From contig NMRA01000429.1 in the NCBI GenBank assembly GCA_002633005.1, positions 186,001 through 250,000 of the forward strand: a DNA stretch of 64,000 nt. Direction: 5' to 3'. The first letter of the stretch is position 1. Every line of letters starts with the position of its first letter. The DNA comes from Phoronis australis. Taxonomy: Eukaryota; Animalia; Phoronida. A program made the translations under genes and the position numbers. Below, one piece after another: positions 25,378 to 64,000 of the stretch. The notes below the pieces were generated by a model. That model saw nothing but the letters and a program-made list of their open reading frames with translations, did not search any database and was not told the origin of the DNA.

Positions 25378-25523
25378 CATGGGCGACGCACCCTAGTGTG
25401 CTGGGGAGCTATAGCCCCCCACTTATTTCAGTGCTGCGCCGCTCATGGACATGGGCGGCGAACCATATAAAGGGCTGGGGTGGGCTATATCCCTTCACTT
25501 ATTTCAGTGCTGTGCAGCCCATG
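25378..25523. mobile_element. Head-to-tail dimer of the catgggcggcgca hAT-like MITE with 5-bp TSD
   Basis: Two units of about 70 bp; flanked by ATTTA (25373-25377) and ATTTA (25524-25528). Confidence 0.7.
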
Positions 25524-26396
25524 ATTTAACCAAGCTTGTCTAAAGTTCTTTCATAAATTCAAACGTAACCTATACCCCCTTTACTTTTATGATAACAATG
25601 TTTTCCACTTCCACTAAGAGATCTTCCTAGAATATGCAGTCAACACCCATCTAAAAATACCCACATGGAACAGAAAAAATTGTGAAAATTCATTAATGTT
25701 TAAAATACCTAATTTAATAAACAACTGTATCCTTCCGATATATGTAACAGACAAAATCGACACACATAGCTTACATGGGTTCTCCAGTGTACCGACGTTC
25801 TATGAAAATGACATTGCATGTCTGCGCCTAACGAAATTGGGGAATGCGAGTAGCATTGATATGGGTGAATACCGGGATCAGGCGTCCCAGATGTCATGTT
25901 GCATGAACTTTAAGCGCTGGATCATCAACTCTATATTCTCATTTATCAACCTGCGCAGAAGTACCAACGTTACTATTCGCAAGCGCAGCCTGGTGTGATA
26001 CTTGGGTTTACTTACCAGAAGTACGTCGTGTGCGAGTTCTACCAATGGACAACATTGAACAACGTTTCGATGCCGAAATGATTTTTTCATTTCTTTAGGC
26101 AGAAAAACGGATACCAGAGTTTCCCGTCAGAATACTCTACCCGCGGAAGCCGAGTATAGCAGTGGAGGAGAATGACGCTTTCTCTGGGATATTCCATATG
26201 AGAATGTCCGAGTTGCGAATCTGTATGTGATCTACGATATAACCAAATATCTGAGTTTGTGACACCAGTTTTGACTAGAAAATCATTTGAGGCTACAATT
26301 CTATAGAGAAAAGTTATCTGGAATCACTTTTAACATCATGTCACCGCGATGGAGGATCTAGGTGGCCCAACTACATATTTTGAAAGAGAAATTGTT

Positions 26397-27442
26397 GGAT
26401 TGTTCTAAAACCCCCTTGACCCCGACACCCCACGAACCCCTCGACTCACGGCCCTCGACNCCCCCTCGACTCACGACCCTCGACCCCCTCGACCCACGAC
26501 CCCTTCGACCCGCGACCTGCAACCCCCTCGACCCAGTCTACACAAGCTCGACTCGATATGAACATAGAAGAAGCGTTGACTTGCTGGACCAATGAGTTGG
26601 GCCGTGTGCTAGGCTGGCTTTTCCCTGGTTTTTGCAATTAAGAGAGTCGATTCGGCAAGTTTGAAAGGCAAAAACAGAAAAAAGGCGACCAAATCAAATC
26701 AAAGCCCTACCAACGTTAAAAATGTTCCCGGCAGAGTGTAATCATCTCGTCTGCTCTTCAGTGAATGGCAGATTCAACCTTTTTACGGAGAGTGCTAGCA
26801 GTGCTGTAGAGGGGCGTAGGCGCACGTGGCTCAGCCAACCACCTTTGGTATCTGAACGTAGCACCTACGCACCGTAAGTTACGTTCAGTGCTCAAGGCTT
26901 TGGGCGCCTACTTACCCCTAATTTTACCACTACAGCACTGAGTGTGAGGAACCGACAAAACTGTAATTTCATCAGTAAATACAGTTTGAAATAAAACAAG
27001 CTGTTAACTAAAAAGTATTTCAACGTTACATGGAGTATATTGTAAAGGAGTATACAGCAGAAAGCAAATGACAAAAATGTAAAATTCCGTGCGTTCACGA
27101 TAAGTTTAGTACTGTACAACTGGGCCATTGGTAACCGCTCGTGGAACGATTTCCGTGACAACGATAGCGCGCTCACAGTCGGCTATTTCAGATCACGTTC
27201 TTACGCCACTTTCTGTTTTTAATCACCAGACTTGAGCCAGAGCAGACTCGCGTGTAGGTATGTCTTATGGGAAAGTCACTCAGCTACGTAATAAGATTAT
27301 GAAATATGTAAAAAGCGCAAAAAATACCTATATTGCCACAGGTCGTGGGTCGAGGGGGTCATGGGTTGTGAGTCGTGGGTCGAGGGGATTGTGGGTCGAG
27401 GGGTCGAGGGGTGTGGGGGTAGAGGGCGTTTTAGAACAATTC
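26397..27442. mobile_element. Mutator/MULE-like non-autonomous element
   Basis: Ends ggattgttctaaaac / gttttagaacaattc with subterminal (cctcgacc/cacgacc) repeats in inverted orientation; 9-bp TSD gaaattgtt / gaaattgtc. Confidence 0.7.
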
Positions 27443-28813
27443 GAAATTGTCCTCATAAGCCCTGAAAATGGAATGCCCGTGGGTTTTTGTCTTGTCCGTC
27501 TGATGGCTTTCGCCAATGCGTGAGCAGAATAAGCGTGCATCAATGAAGTTAATCTATGATCCCCACTTCAGCTCATTTATTGTTTTTTGAAAATGCATTC
27601 GACCAATTTCTTTGAACAAAGTAGCCAAACACTTAAGACCAAAGTACAATTGTAATTTTGTTTTGAGCACCAAAGTATCAAAATCTTGTATCCGCTCAAC
27701 AGAGAAACGTAATTCTAACAATCCTTTGCAAAACACCACTGGCTGCAATAATCTATGAAACCAGGATGGTGTTTGATCTTAAACAATATTTGACAAAGAA
27801 TTCAATAAGAATCATTTTACAACTTTGTTGCGAAAAGTGTTCTTAAGTATTGGGTAACTTTATGTCACGCCAAACAAACCTGAGACACGTTCAAGAGGTT
27901 TCATTGGTTGGCTGAAAAGCGTTGGCAATGCTAGGCGCAAATGAATCAACTTTGGTAACAACTGAGACTTATAATAATCTTGTCAATGAGAATTAATGAG
28001 CTACAAGTCAAGGTCGATATTTCTCTTTCAATTCTGTTAATTTCTTCGTGGTAGCGCAGTTCGATACTTTCTGATTGATCAGCGCTAAAGATGAAACCCA
28101 AAAGGGTGAAGTGCGACGGTCGCCAAGAAAGAGTTTAAGATTTTAACAAAAAAGAGAAATACATTACTTCATTGCGCCAATTCACACAAAATGTGTATTT
28201 TCCATGCCACGTATTTGATGATTTATGGGATTGGTTAAATAGTTCAGCAGCGTTCAGTCGTCTAGACGGAGCACTTTGTCATATGTAAATAGCAAACATT
28301 TGAGTTTTTTGTTACTGTTAGCAATTCTAACAACTTATTACCAATTCCTGTCATTCCTGAACACAACAGACAACATCTCCGATCAAGAATAAATAACGTG
28401 AAAAAGCATCACCCGACGACACCCTCGGGCTTTATGAGGAAAATATGCAGAGGTGAACCTATGTTCAATAAGACCAATACGAGCGCCGCGATGTAACATG
28501 CAAACCCAATGAACTATACAGTGTACAGAACTGAAAAAATGACAAAAATTGTTAATACATTTCCAGGTCACAAAATCGAACACATATAGACACTCGCTCT
28601 CTTTAGTAATAAATGTGGTTGTTTTATATTGCTCCCACGCCATTTCCCAGAGCTATAGCTCGGAATGATGCTTCATGCAATCTTTGCAAACGTCACGTGA
28701 TAACCGACACGGATACACCGGCACGCGGCCGACAGAGATAAAAGTAATAAGGTTTAACCGTAAACAATTCTTCAAAACTCGAAAGAATAGATATTTAGCA
28801 AAGTATATGCACA

Positions 28814-30962
28814 TGGCTAAAATTTTAAAGGTCATTATTAATTAGTAAGTTCAGTGGTATCAAATGATTCAGATTCAGAAACGTTCTGGTGGTGGGATAG
28901 AATGTTAATCAAAAGTAACATATCAGTCGACGAGTTGACCAATTATTTTTGTTCATTGCGCAATGCTAGTCTTGTATTATGACTGTAGAAGAAAATTAGG
29001 ACAGCGAGGACATATTTCCACTTAAAAGGGATATTTCCGAACAAGAAATTGCTGAATCAGTTAAGAACATGCAAAGTGGCGAAAGTCCAGATGTAGACGG
29101 AATTCCAACAGAATTCTAAAAATTTTCAATGGACACAATTAAGGGCCGACTCTACAAACTGCTTAACTGCATAGATTCAAATGGTACTTTCCCAGGAAAA
29201 TGTTCAACTGGTATAATATCAATCTCATAAAAAATATAGCGTTCTGGGAGCATGAGAAGATAGTATTGGTAGAAGAACATGCTGGCTTCAGAGAAAAATA
29301 TTCATAGATAGATAACATTTTTATTGTTAACGGCTTGGTTGAGAAACATTTACCACAACAAAGATCAAAACCATGCCATTGCGCATTTGATTCGATTGTG
29401 TTTGAACAACTGTTGATAGTATGCATTCAACTGTAAATGTTAGAATGAAGACTGAATCAGAAATAACATGTCAAGCTTTGAGTGTAGACAAGTCAGGCAA
29501 CATTGTATGGAAAGCGTTCTCTTTGTTTATAAATGAACTTGTTATTGAATTGAAAATGGAAGGGGAGTGGTATTCAAGTTGACGCCGGCATTGAAATTTG
29601 TTTTATTATTATTTGCCGACGATGTTACTCTAGTTGGCTACTCTATTGCTGAGTTGCAGAGGCAATTGTTTGTAAACGTCCTGAAGTCAAACAGTTGTTT
29701 TTAAAAAAGATGTAAAATTGAAGAGAACCGAAAAATGGTATTACAGAAGTGTCGTGTTGAAAACTTGCTGTTACTATCAATATGTAGGGGTTGTATTTTC
29801 TAGTACAGTTGAATTACGTAATGAAAGACACTGGCACAAAAGGCAAGCACAGCAATGAGCTCGGTGAAACATCTTCTGTGTCAAATNTGGCTAAAATTTT
29901 AAAGGTCATTATTAATTAGTAAGTTCAGTGGTATCAAATGATTCAGATTCAGAAACGTTCTGGTGGTGGGATAGAATGTTAATCAAAAGTAACATATCAG
30001 TCGACGAGTTGACCAATTATTTTTGTTCATTGCGCAATGCTAGTCTTGTATTATGACTGTAGAAGAAAATTAGGACAGCGAGGACATATTTCCACTTAAA
30101 AGGGATATTTCCGAACAAGAAATTGCTGAATCAGTTAAGAACATGCAAAGTGGCGAAAGTCCAGATGTAGACGGAATTCCAACAGAATTCTAAAAATTTT
30201 CAATGGACACAATTAAGGGCCGACTCTACAAACTGCTTAACTGCATAGATTCAAATGGTACTTTCCCAGGAAAATGTTCAACTGGTATAATATCAATCTC
30301 ATAAAAAATATAGCGTTCTGGGAGCATGAGAAGATAGTATTGGTAGAAGAACATGCTGGCTTCAGAGAAAAATATTCATAGATAGATAACATTTTTATTG
30401 TTAACGGCTTGGTTGAGAAACATTTACCACAATAAAGATCAAAACCATGCCATTGCGCATTTGATTCGATTGTGTTTGGACAACTGTTGATAGTATGCAT
30501 TCAACTGTAAATGTTAGAATGAAGACTGAATCAGGAATAACATGCCAAGCTTTGAGTGTAGACTAGTCAGGCAAGATTGTATGGAAAGCGTTCTCTTTGT
30601 TTATAAATGAACTTGCTATTGAATTGAAAATGGAAGGGGAGTGGTATTCAAGTTGACGCCGGCATTGAAATTTGTTTTATTATTATTTGCCGACGATGTT
30701 ACTCTATTTGGCTACTCTATTGCTGAGTTGCAGAGGCAATTGTTTGTAAACGTCCTGAAGTCAAACAGTTGTTTTTAAAAAAGGGGTAAAATTGAAGAGA
30801 ACCGAAAAATGGTATTACAGAAGTGTCGTGTTGAAAACTTGCTGTTACTATCAATATGTAGGGGTTGTATTTTCTAGTACAGTTGGATTACGTAATGCAA
30901 GACACTGGCACAAAAGGCAAGCACAGCAATATGAGCTCGGTGAAACATCTTCTGTGTCAAAT
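28814..30962. repeat. Near-identical tandem duplication of about 1.07 kb (28814-29886 / 29888-30962) joined by N
   Basis: Both copies start tggctaaaattttaaagg and end ctgtgtcaaat; scattered SNPs and indels; N at 29887. Confidence 0.9.
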
Positions 30963-31775
30963 GGGAGCTAATAGAAACGTAGTGTCAGAGGCGGATCTAC
31001 AGGGGGGGTTCAGGGGGTTTAAGCCCCCCCCCTCGGGACAGGATCAAAAATAAAAACTGGAAAAAAAAAATCGCCAGAAAAACGAAATTAGCTAATAAAA
31101 ATCCCAAAAAATCTTACACGGGAGGAGGGAAACCCTCTCGCGACCTTCCTTCTCCTCGGCGCTACGCGCCTCGGATTCTCTCGAATCCTAACCCCCCCTT
31201 TACTGAAATCGTAGATCTGCCACTGAGTGTTAGCCTTTACGTTGTTGAATACAAAAATAACAGGCATAATGTACTAGAATTTGTTGGTTTCGGTCACGTA
31301 TCCGTATGGCAGAGAATACAGGCAAGGAGTTTAGCCTTGTCCTGCGAAAAGTATTTATGTGGAGCGCTGACGCAGCAGCAGATATTTTATTTATCAAATA
31401 TTAGATGTTCATCTCTCAAATTAAAAATCGAAAATGGCAGAAGAGTTTGTATTCCCAGAAGTGAAAGGATTTGTAACATTTGTAATACTTGAGAGATTGA
31501 GACAGAAGCGCGTGTTATGTTACGTTGTCCAACCTCGGCAGGTTTAAAATATATAGGTTCATGCTACATTGCCACGATAGAAACAACGACGTCCAGGTCT
31601 CTTTAAAACTTGAGAGCAGTAAACACTTTAAAACATGTCAATATATGTAGATATATACAAAGTGGAACGATACTCAGAAGCGAAATGTTGACTCTTTAAT
31701 GGCTTAGCACGCGCGTGTAAAGTTTGTATATGATATTAGGAACTGTGGGCCGATGGCCTCTTAACTTCTATAAAG
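28990..31775 (+). mobile_element. Decayed non-LTR retrotransposon (LINE) reverse transcriptase remnant, partly duplicated
   Basis: ISEQEIAESVKNMQSGESPDVDGIPTEF, EEHAGFREKYS*IDNIFIVNGLVEK, FSLFINEL and LLFADDVTL...ELQRQL, with stops and frameshifts. Confidence 0.8.
30986..31225. mobile_element. hAT-like MITE with 5-bp TSD inserted in the LINE remnant
   Basis: TIR cagaggcggatcta / tagatctgccactg; TSD AGTGT on both sides. Confidence 0.8.
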
Positions 31776-31962
31776 TTAGAGTTACAATTGATTAGTTACA
31801 CTAGCTTTAGACAATTCTCGTTAACATATTGACCAGTAATTTGAGGAAAGACAACGAGTGAGCATCGGTCTTTCCATGTTAATTTCTTATTCTTTAATGA
31901 TTATTTAAATATTGTCTTTTTGTAATTATGTTAGTTTGTATTACTGTATCTACGATTTTACT

Positions 31963-32042
31963 GAGGGCACCCATGGAAAGCAGTGTGAACTGATGGGGCA
32001 ACCCTCATTTTAAATATTAGATAAATAAATAATAATAATAAA
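31963..32042 (+). mobile_element. LINE/SINE 3' tail (stem-loop plus short TAAA/TAA repeats)
   Basis: gagggcacccat...atggggcaaccctc hairpin followed by taaataaataataataa, as typical of L2/CR1-type 3' ends. Confidence 0.4.
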
Positions 32043-33482
32043 TCATAGTCCACAGGAAATGCAAGGGAAGATCGCGACCGCAACGAGCCAGGACAGAATT
32101 ATAAATTTCTGTGTCATATTTCATCATTGGATTAGTGACAGTTCCCATCGATACAAATATTTACGTACACGTATTCTGTATTCTTATTTCTTGCTCAAGG
32201 TACAGTGTTAATTCCGTTTCTCGACTGTAAGATTATAATTAATTGTTTAAAACTTCTACTTATGAAATAGAAAATTGCTATTCACGACAACGCAAAACGC
32301 GTCAAAATTAGAAACAGTAACTTTTAAGTAAATTTAAGCTTCAGTTATTATTACAAATTAAATTTGCAGCTGTGGTTCATAATAGGCGTGGAATCGATTC
32401 CACGGTCGCATCTCTCAATTATGATCCCCGGAAACTCAGTTCCGGACAAGCAAACACCAAACCCACGGAACAATTCCCTAGACATGTGGCAATAAACACA
32501 AACGGACCGAAATGTTCCATATCCGGTGACTGTACTTAATACCTAGAGAACAGATTGATGATAAATCCCCCGTCATCCACCTTGTCTCTAGAAAATTCGT
32601 ATGCTGTGAAGAAAGCAACTTTTCGCAATTCCTTGTCTTCTATATACCTGTAAAAAGGTTATTATAACACGCATGCATGCCACGGGAGTGCTTTTTATTT
32701 CCGGCTAATTGAATACACGTCTGCTAACTTGCGCTGTGAAAACTACAAACCATTACCCGTGTGTTTTTCAATTTTTACTAGGATTTTTTCCTGTGGGACA
32801 CGAATTTGCCGGTATTCTGAGTTCCACCAAGTTTCCCTGGATTAATACCGGAAAAAACTATTCCGACCTACGTGATTTGTTGTTTCAAAATGAAATTCCC
32901 GTCGTTATATGTATCATAAAACCACTGATGTTGGCGTAGTACTGCACTGACTCTGTAGTGTCAGTGTGAGTCAATAGGGGTGACATAACTTTCCGGTATT
33001 TATAAATCCGTTAGAGATACGGCTGTTTGTGGAATTAACCCCGTGTACTTTTTTCCAGAAATATTTCTGGGATTCCAAAATATATGAGAACAGCAAAAAT
33101 AAAATGAAATCGATACGCTCACATCACAATTCGAAGGCGCGAATTGCCAGGCACTCGCGCCACACCAGATACGCACTTCAAGTAACACCCCCGGATCTAA
33201 ATCAATAGGACGGCGTTACGGCAATGGTAATCACAATCCACAGCGCGTATACTATACTTGAACGCAGCATTGCTGGTTTTTCATTACTAGCTAATCATTC
33301 ATCGAACAGTATTGTTAAGAGCACAGTCAGGCGCTCACACGAACAAACGGGACCAGTTTAAATCACTTGTTGTTGGATTGAACAAACACGTGGTTTGCGA
33401 GGTCAAAGACCAACGAAGCAGATCTCGCTCCAGCGAAAATTCTTAGTTGTTCGTTTCCGCTGATCTCGAACGCGAAACAGCC

Positions 33483-59261
<25,779 letters not shown>

Positions 59262-60667
59262 ACACTCATTTTTATTTGCAACATTTCATTAAGAGTAGAC
59301 CTACACACTGCGTGTTTCAATCAGCGTTTCAATGGAATAGCCCCGTCCCGGATTATAACAACATCACTACTTAAATTCCTTGATGTCTACCCACTATGCA
59401 TCACATTGCGATGTTGGCACTGGGGAATTAGAAAATCTGGATAATAACCCTGATTGCAGGGTACGTATCGTTCTTTGGTCTTCGTTCAATTTAAGGTTCA
59501 TGACAGGTCGACTACACAACGCATTTTGTTAACCTCACGAAAAAGAAGAGATGAATTTGGGACGGAGCTATTATTTTACATTCTTACATCATTTACCAAT
59601 TGCTTGGTGTTTAAAGTTATAATCAAAACAGCACTCGCTGTACGATGAGAACTATGCATGCGTGGACACAAAACAGATTTTAGGTAAGACGCCAAATCAT
59701 CATCGTTTCATCATCACTGATGTTAGTAAACCAATGTCTCGTGTAGAACTATTGACTGTGATATCATATTTGCCCATCGTAACTATTTGACCGTCACCTC
59801 AGGGTGTAATAGGATTTTCACAATTCATGATCAAAGTAGTCCAAAGCAGTAAGAATATATTTCATGAGCTGTGCATGCTGCCTAAAGTCAGCATCGTTAT
59901 CAGCTCTTTAACTTCAAAGTCATCGGAAACGCGTTTGTTTCAAATGAAAAATTACAGGTATTTACAGTCTGGGGTTTTATTTAGTTAAGTCTTTTTGTGT
60001 ACCAATTCGTCTTGAGATTATTTTATCAAAATAGCTTAAGGTGTGTTCAGATTAACTTGTTTGCCTTCACAGCACTTTCTGTTACACCGGAGTAGCCTTG
60101 AGTGAACTGGTTGCATTTCACAATTATATCCTATTGGATCTTAGATGACGCACACACACTAGTTTTTGTTGAAAGACCAATGTTTCCCCGCAATCTGTGG
60201 CAAGAGAAACACCAGTCTCTTCGCAGTTATCTACAACACACGCCTTTATATACTTTTATTGCACCACAAGTATGAAACATTACAATAATGGTACAGAGAA
60301 TTAGCCCAGAAAACGAATCATCACATCGGGCTTAATATACATAGCGGTAAATTATTTAATAAAATATAATAATATTTTGTGTTTAAATAAATTAGATGAA
60401 CCTCTCTCCGTTGTTTGACTCCGTCAAGGCTCGTAGCACTACACTGTATTTTGTGTGACGTTGTAGTCTTCTCTAGGCGACTGTGAATGCCAACTTTCAT
60501 TTTGTTTGTTATTTTTGCGTGTTAGGTGTGATTATTTGCAATCCGCAATAAATTTGTCATAAAGTTCAACTCGTCTTGGTCTTGTGTTATTGCCATTCTA
60601 GGCGCTATCCCTCTTGTCATTTAATGCCCTGCTTACGTTTACCTTTATATTTTGCCAACGAGGTTTT

Positions 60668-60673
<6 letters not shown>

Positions 60674-60743
<70 letters not shown>

Positions 60744-60753
60744 TAGTAGTAGT
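60674..60753. repeat. (GTA)n microsatellite
   Basis: Directly visible. Confidence 0.95.
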
Positions 60754-63700
60754 ATTTATTTATTATAGTGGCAAGTGCAATTAAATCAAACAGTTATAGG
60801 TATAACATTCGTGAGAAAGATAGGTACTCATTGCCGCTGAGTTATAACAGCAATTAACTTATTTACACAAACGTTAGTTTTCCAAGCTCTGTGCTGCGAA
60901 CTATAGATACTAATTAGGCACCCCAGAAAGATAAAAAATATCATTCATCCCAAAAATCATCTCATCATTATCGACCGTAACTTGACAAAGACACGTTTTA
61001 CCCACAGACTGTCATCCACAAACTGAGAAAATTGTCGACGTCCCAGACCGGAGCTTGGCGAGCGGACAAAATGAAACGCTTCCAAGCCGCCGTCGGTACT
61101 AGGACTGAAACTTACCTAATGAACTCATTGTTTTTTATAGAAAAAGCATTTCATTACTTATTATAATCTTACGTTTTCGAAAGGCGAAACACAAAGCGGC
61201 ACAGAGTATTCTCGTCAAAGCAAGACTTGTCGAAGTGATCGCTGAATAGCAAGTAATTCCGAATCATGGCATCCTCGCCGGAATTATCCAATACTATTGA
61301 CGTCACTCACAAACTCGTGCCATATCCTGGCGAATGTCACACCCGATACAAACACAGCGCCTCACCATAGCAAACAGTTTTTAAAATAAAGCGAAAATGT
61401 GAACACAGACAGCAGAATATGTTTACCAAAAGGAAAAACGGATCTCACGCAATCTGTCGTTCAGGCTCTTACGACACACGGGATAGGGAATAACACGCTA
61501 GCGGTTATTTAGAGCACTGTAACAGCATCATCTACATTGTGGATACCAAAATCTCACTTCCTACTCGAAAGAGGTGTTCTGTAATAACGTGTTTCGTGGA
61601 TGCATGTGGCAAGTTGCTATGATATTAATGATAACGATATGATGTACTTAAAGTCATATGATCCGTGTTAAAGACACCGTGAATCTGCATAAAAACCGTT
61701 GAAACATACTCTCTGATACTTAATTAGAACTTTTCGTAAGTATGAGGTCGATCTATTGCCTGTACATATTTTTCTTTTATTTTTATTTTCTTTATATCTG
61801 CGTGATCAAAACAAACGAATGTTACCCAACTTTGACCTTTTGGCAACTCAAGACAAATAGTCAGTTGTTTCCGGTAATGTTTCGAAGCAGAGAAGTTTGC
61901 CATAGTTAGGTGATTTCTTCGTTCCATGAACATTTCGAAGACGATATTGCTCCCTGTAGGAGATGAACAGTCTAACTACTACACTTAGAATTAAATGAAA
62001 CCATTACCTGGGGGAAATTACGTACTGAATTTGATAGTAAGTGTTGTGATGGAGTCGAGCAAAATCTGACAAGTTAACACAGGAACTAAACTTAATTGGT
62101 CTAAAAACAGTTAGAACAGAGAAGTTCCAAATAGAGGTACACTAACACTTTTGTGTATCCTATGGAATGTATTGTTCAATGTTATCCATGTACTGCTCAT
62201 ATTGGCATTTTGTGTGTTAGTCATGGTTTTAAAGGATCATTGTAGTGTGCAACACCGCTGCACCAGCAACTAACAACACTATTCAAGTAGCAGTGACAAC
62301 ATGATTAGAGTACTGAGCCATGTGCAGAGGAATGGGCTTAGGTGGCAATTGATGTTCGGTCTCTTCACATGCAGGTATGCTTTGAATTCAAGGCAAGAAA
62401 CACTTTCTTAACACAACAGAATCGGTTTCTACATAACTTTTGTGTTATCAAGTCCCTCTTGTTGTTTTTTTCATCAGTAATCACACAAGTTTAATAGGAA
62501 ACAAAACTGAAAACCTGTAATAAAATAAATTTGCTAGGTATCACTAAAAATATGCCACATGAAATACTGAAAATTATACTGACTCAAATCTTCATTACAA
62601 ATGGATCACTGGCTTTTTGAAGAACAACACCAGTTTGCAGCAATGCTGACACCAACAAGAATGTTGTTGAAAACAACAATCCCCTTCATGTTGAGGTCAT
62701 GTTTAAACTGCAACTCAAAAATAACGTGGCTTGTTTTTTCAAGCCTCACATATCTGAGGATTAGGGGGTTGTATTCAACTTGATGTGTCCATGCTCACTG
62801 GTTGATAATGAGTATCACCAGCTGTGATTGTCACCATGGTGTACCTGTGGAAGTGTCCACCACAGTGAAAAGATCTACAAGAAGCAACCTGTTACCTGTA
62901 ATTACTCATGCTCTGAGTATTTCTTTATAAAGACAATTTTGTAAATCCAGTTAAGTACCCTCACTATGCACACGCGACTGTGAAAGAAAGCACTGCTGGT
63001 ATGACGTTTGGAATAACCTTTTATCAGTTTGCTTCCAAAGCTCTGGCTATCCCCTGCAACATCCTAGATCCACATGTGTGTAGTCTGTGTCGGAGTATTG
63101 TTTCACTTCATAATTGTGTTTTGTGTTGTGGAATCTGTAACAGTTAGCAATACATGTAGGTACAGCTGCCTAAAATTGAATTGTGACTAACCTAGTCATT
63201 TTTTGTTATGTGTCAATTGAACAGTCAATAGGCTTTGATAATTACAAAAACAAATTTGCACAGGAAGAGAGTTTGCTATTTATTTATGTTTAGCACTGTA
63301 TGCAGTCCTTGTTATCCATTTAGCTAAACAAGCTACTGCTTGGGACCTACGCAAAATATGATCCACATCTCGTCCTCGCGGGAGTGATTCAAAATTTGTT
63401 GCAACCTGGGAATCCACTAACCTAAAAAGATAAGTTTGCGGCCTTGCATGAAACAAGGGCTCCTGTTTCGTCACTTTAGGAGCCTCTCGAAAGTGGTGGC
63501 GACCGCGGAGGGAGAGGGGCAGTACGATAATTGTTTCGACGGAATTCAAATACTAGCGCCCCAGGGGTCTGTTTCATAAAAAGTGTCTTAAGACAGAAAT
63601 TTGGTCTTGCAATCCACATAAATGTTTCAGACAAATATTTAAAACTCAATTTAGCAAACAAATAAATTTTCTGAAAACATACTCATAATTGTTAACTAGT

Positions 63701-64000
63701 GAGAAAATTTGTACAAATTATTTCCAGGCTATTATGTAATAATGATTATAGGACTAAACCTTTACTTGGCAATTGTAAGTGCAAACATTATAATTACGGC
63801 CCTGACTGTACGCCTCCAACATGAATATTCATTTAAGACTGTCTATGCATTACTGGTAGGTTCGTAATAAGGTCCGGTTTTAGGCAAACTAAACAAACAC
63901 AATAAAACACATTCATTGTTCGAGTTATGTTTAGTGATTGTCTGAAATTTAAGTATAAATAGCAAAACAGCCATAATTTTTGGTCTGGCAGTTCATTATG

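Noticed and set aside
61000-64000. A third gene at the right end of the window
   Set aside because: Only short ORFs and isolated splice-like signals; no consistent exon chain or protein motif found.

Overview
Eukaryotic, AT-rich, intron-rich genomic DNA that looks like a marine invertebrate animal. Most ORFs in the supplied track are spurious. Two spliced genes can be rebuilt on the + strand with consistent intron phases. (1) 550-19271: the last 14 exons (about 716 aa in window, 5' end upstream) of a VWA7/hemicentin-type VWA protein. It ends in a Thr/Ser-rich stalk, a transmembrane helix and a short tail, and it needs two GC-AG introns. (2) 33483-59261: a complete 9-exon SLC22 (organic cation/anion/carnitine transporter family) gene of about 587 aa. 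Introns and intergenic DNA hold many non-autonomous mobile elements: a cohort of hAT-like elements with 5-bp TSDs (37 bp to 2.2 kb, including a dimer that inserted as one unit), PIF/Harbinger-like MITEs, a Tc1/mariner-like MITE, a Mutator-like element, a near-perfect 508-bp IS3EU-like palindrome, a Helentron-derived (HINE-like) element, tRNA-derived SINEs, and an unclassified 2.3-kb TIR element with a spaced 17-bp motif array. A decayed LINE RT is duplicated across an N, probably an assembly artefact. I found no convincing novel multi-gene system. The best leads are the membrane-anchored VWA7-like protein and the unusual transposon architectures. All calls come from manual reading; no database searches were run.
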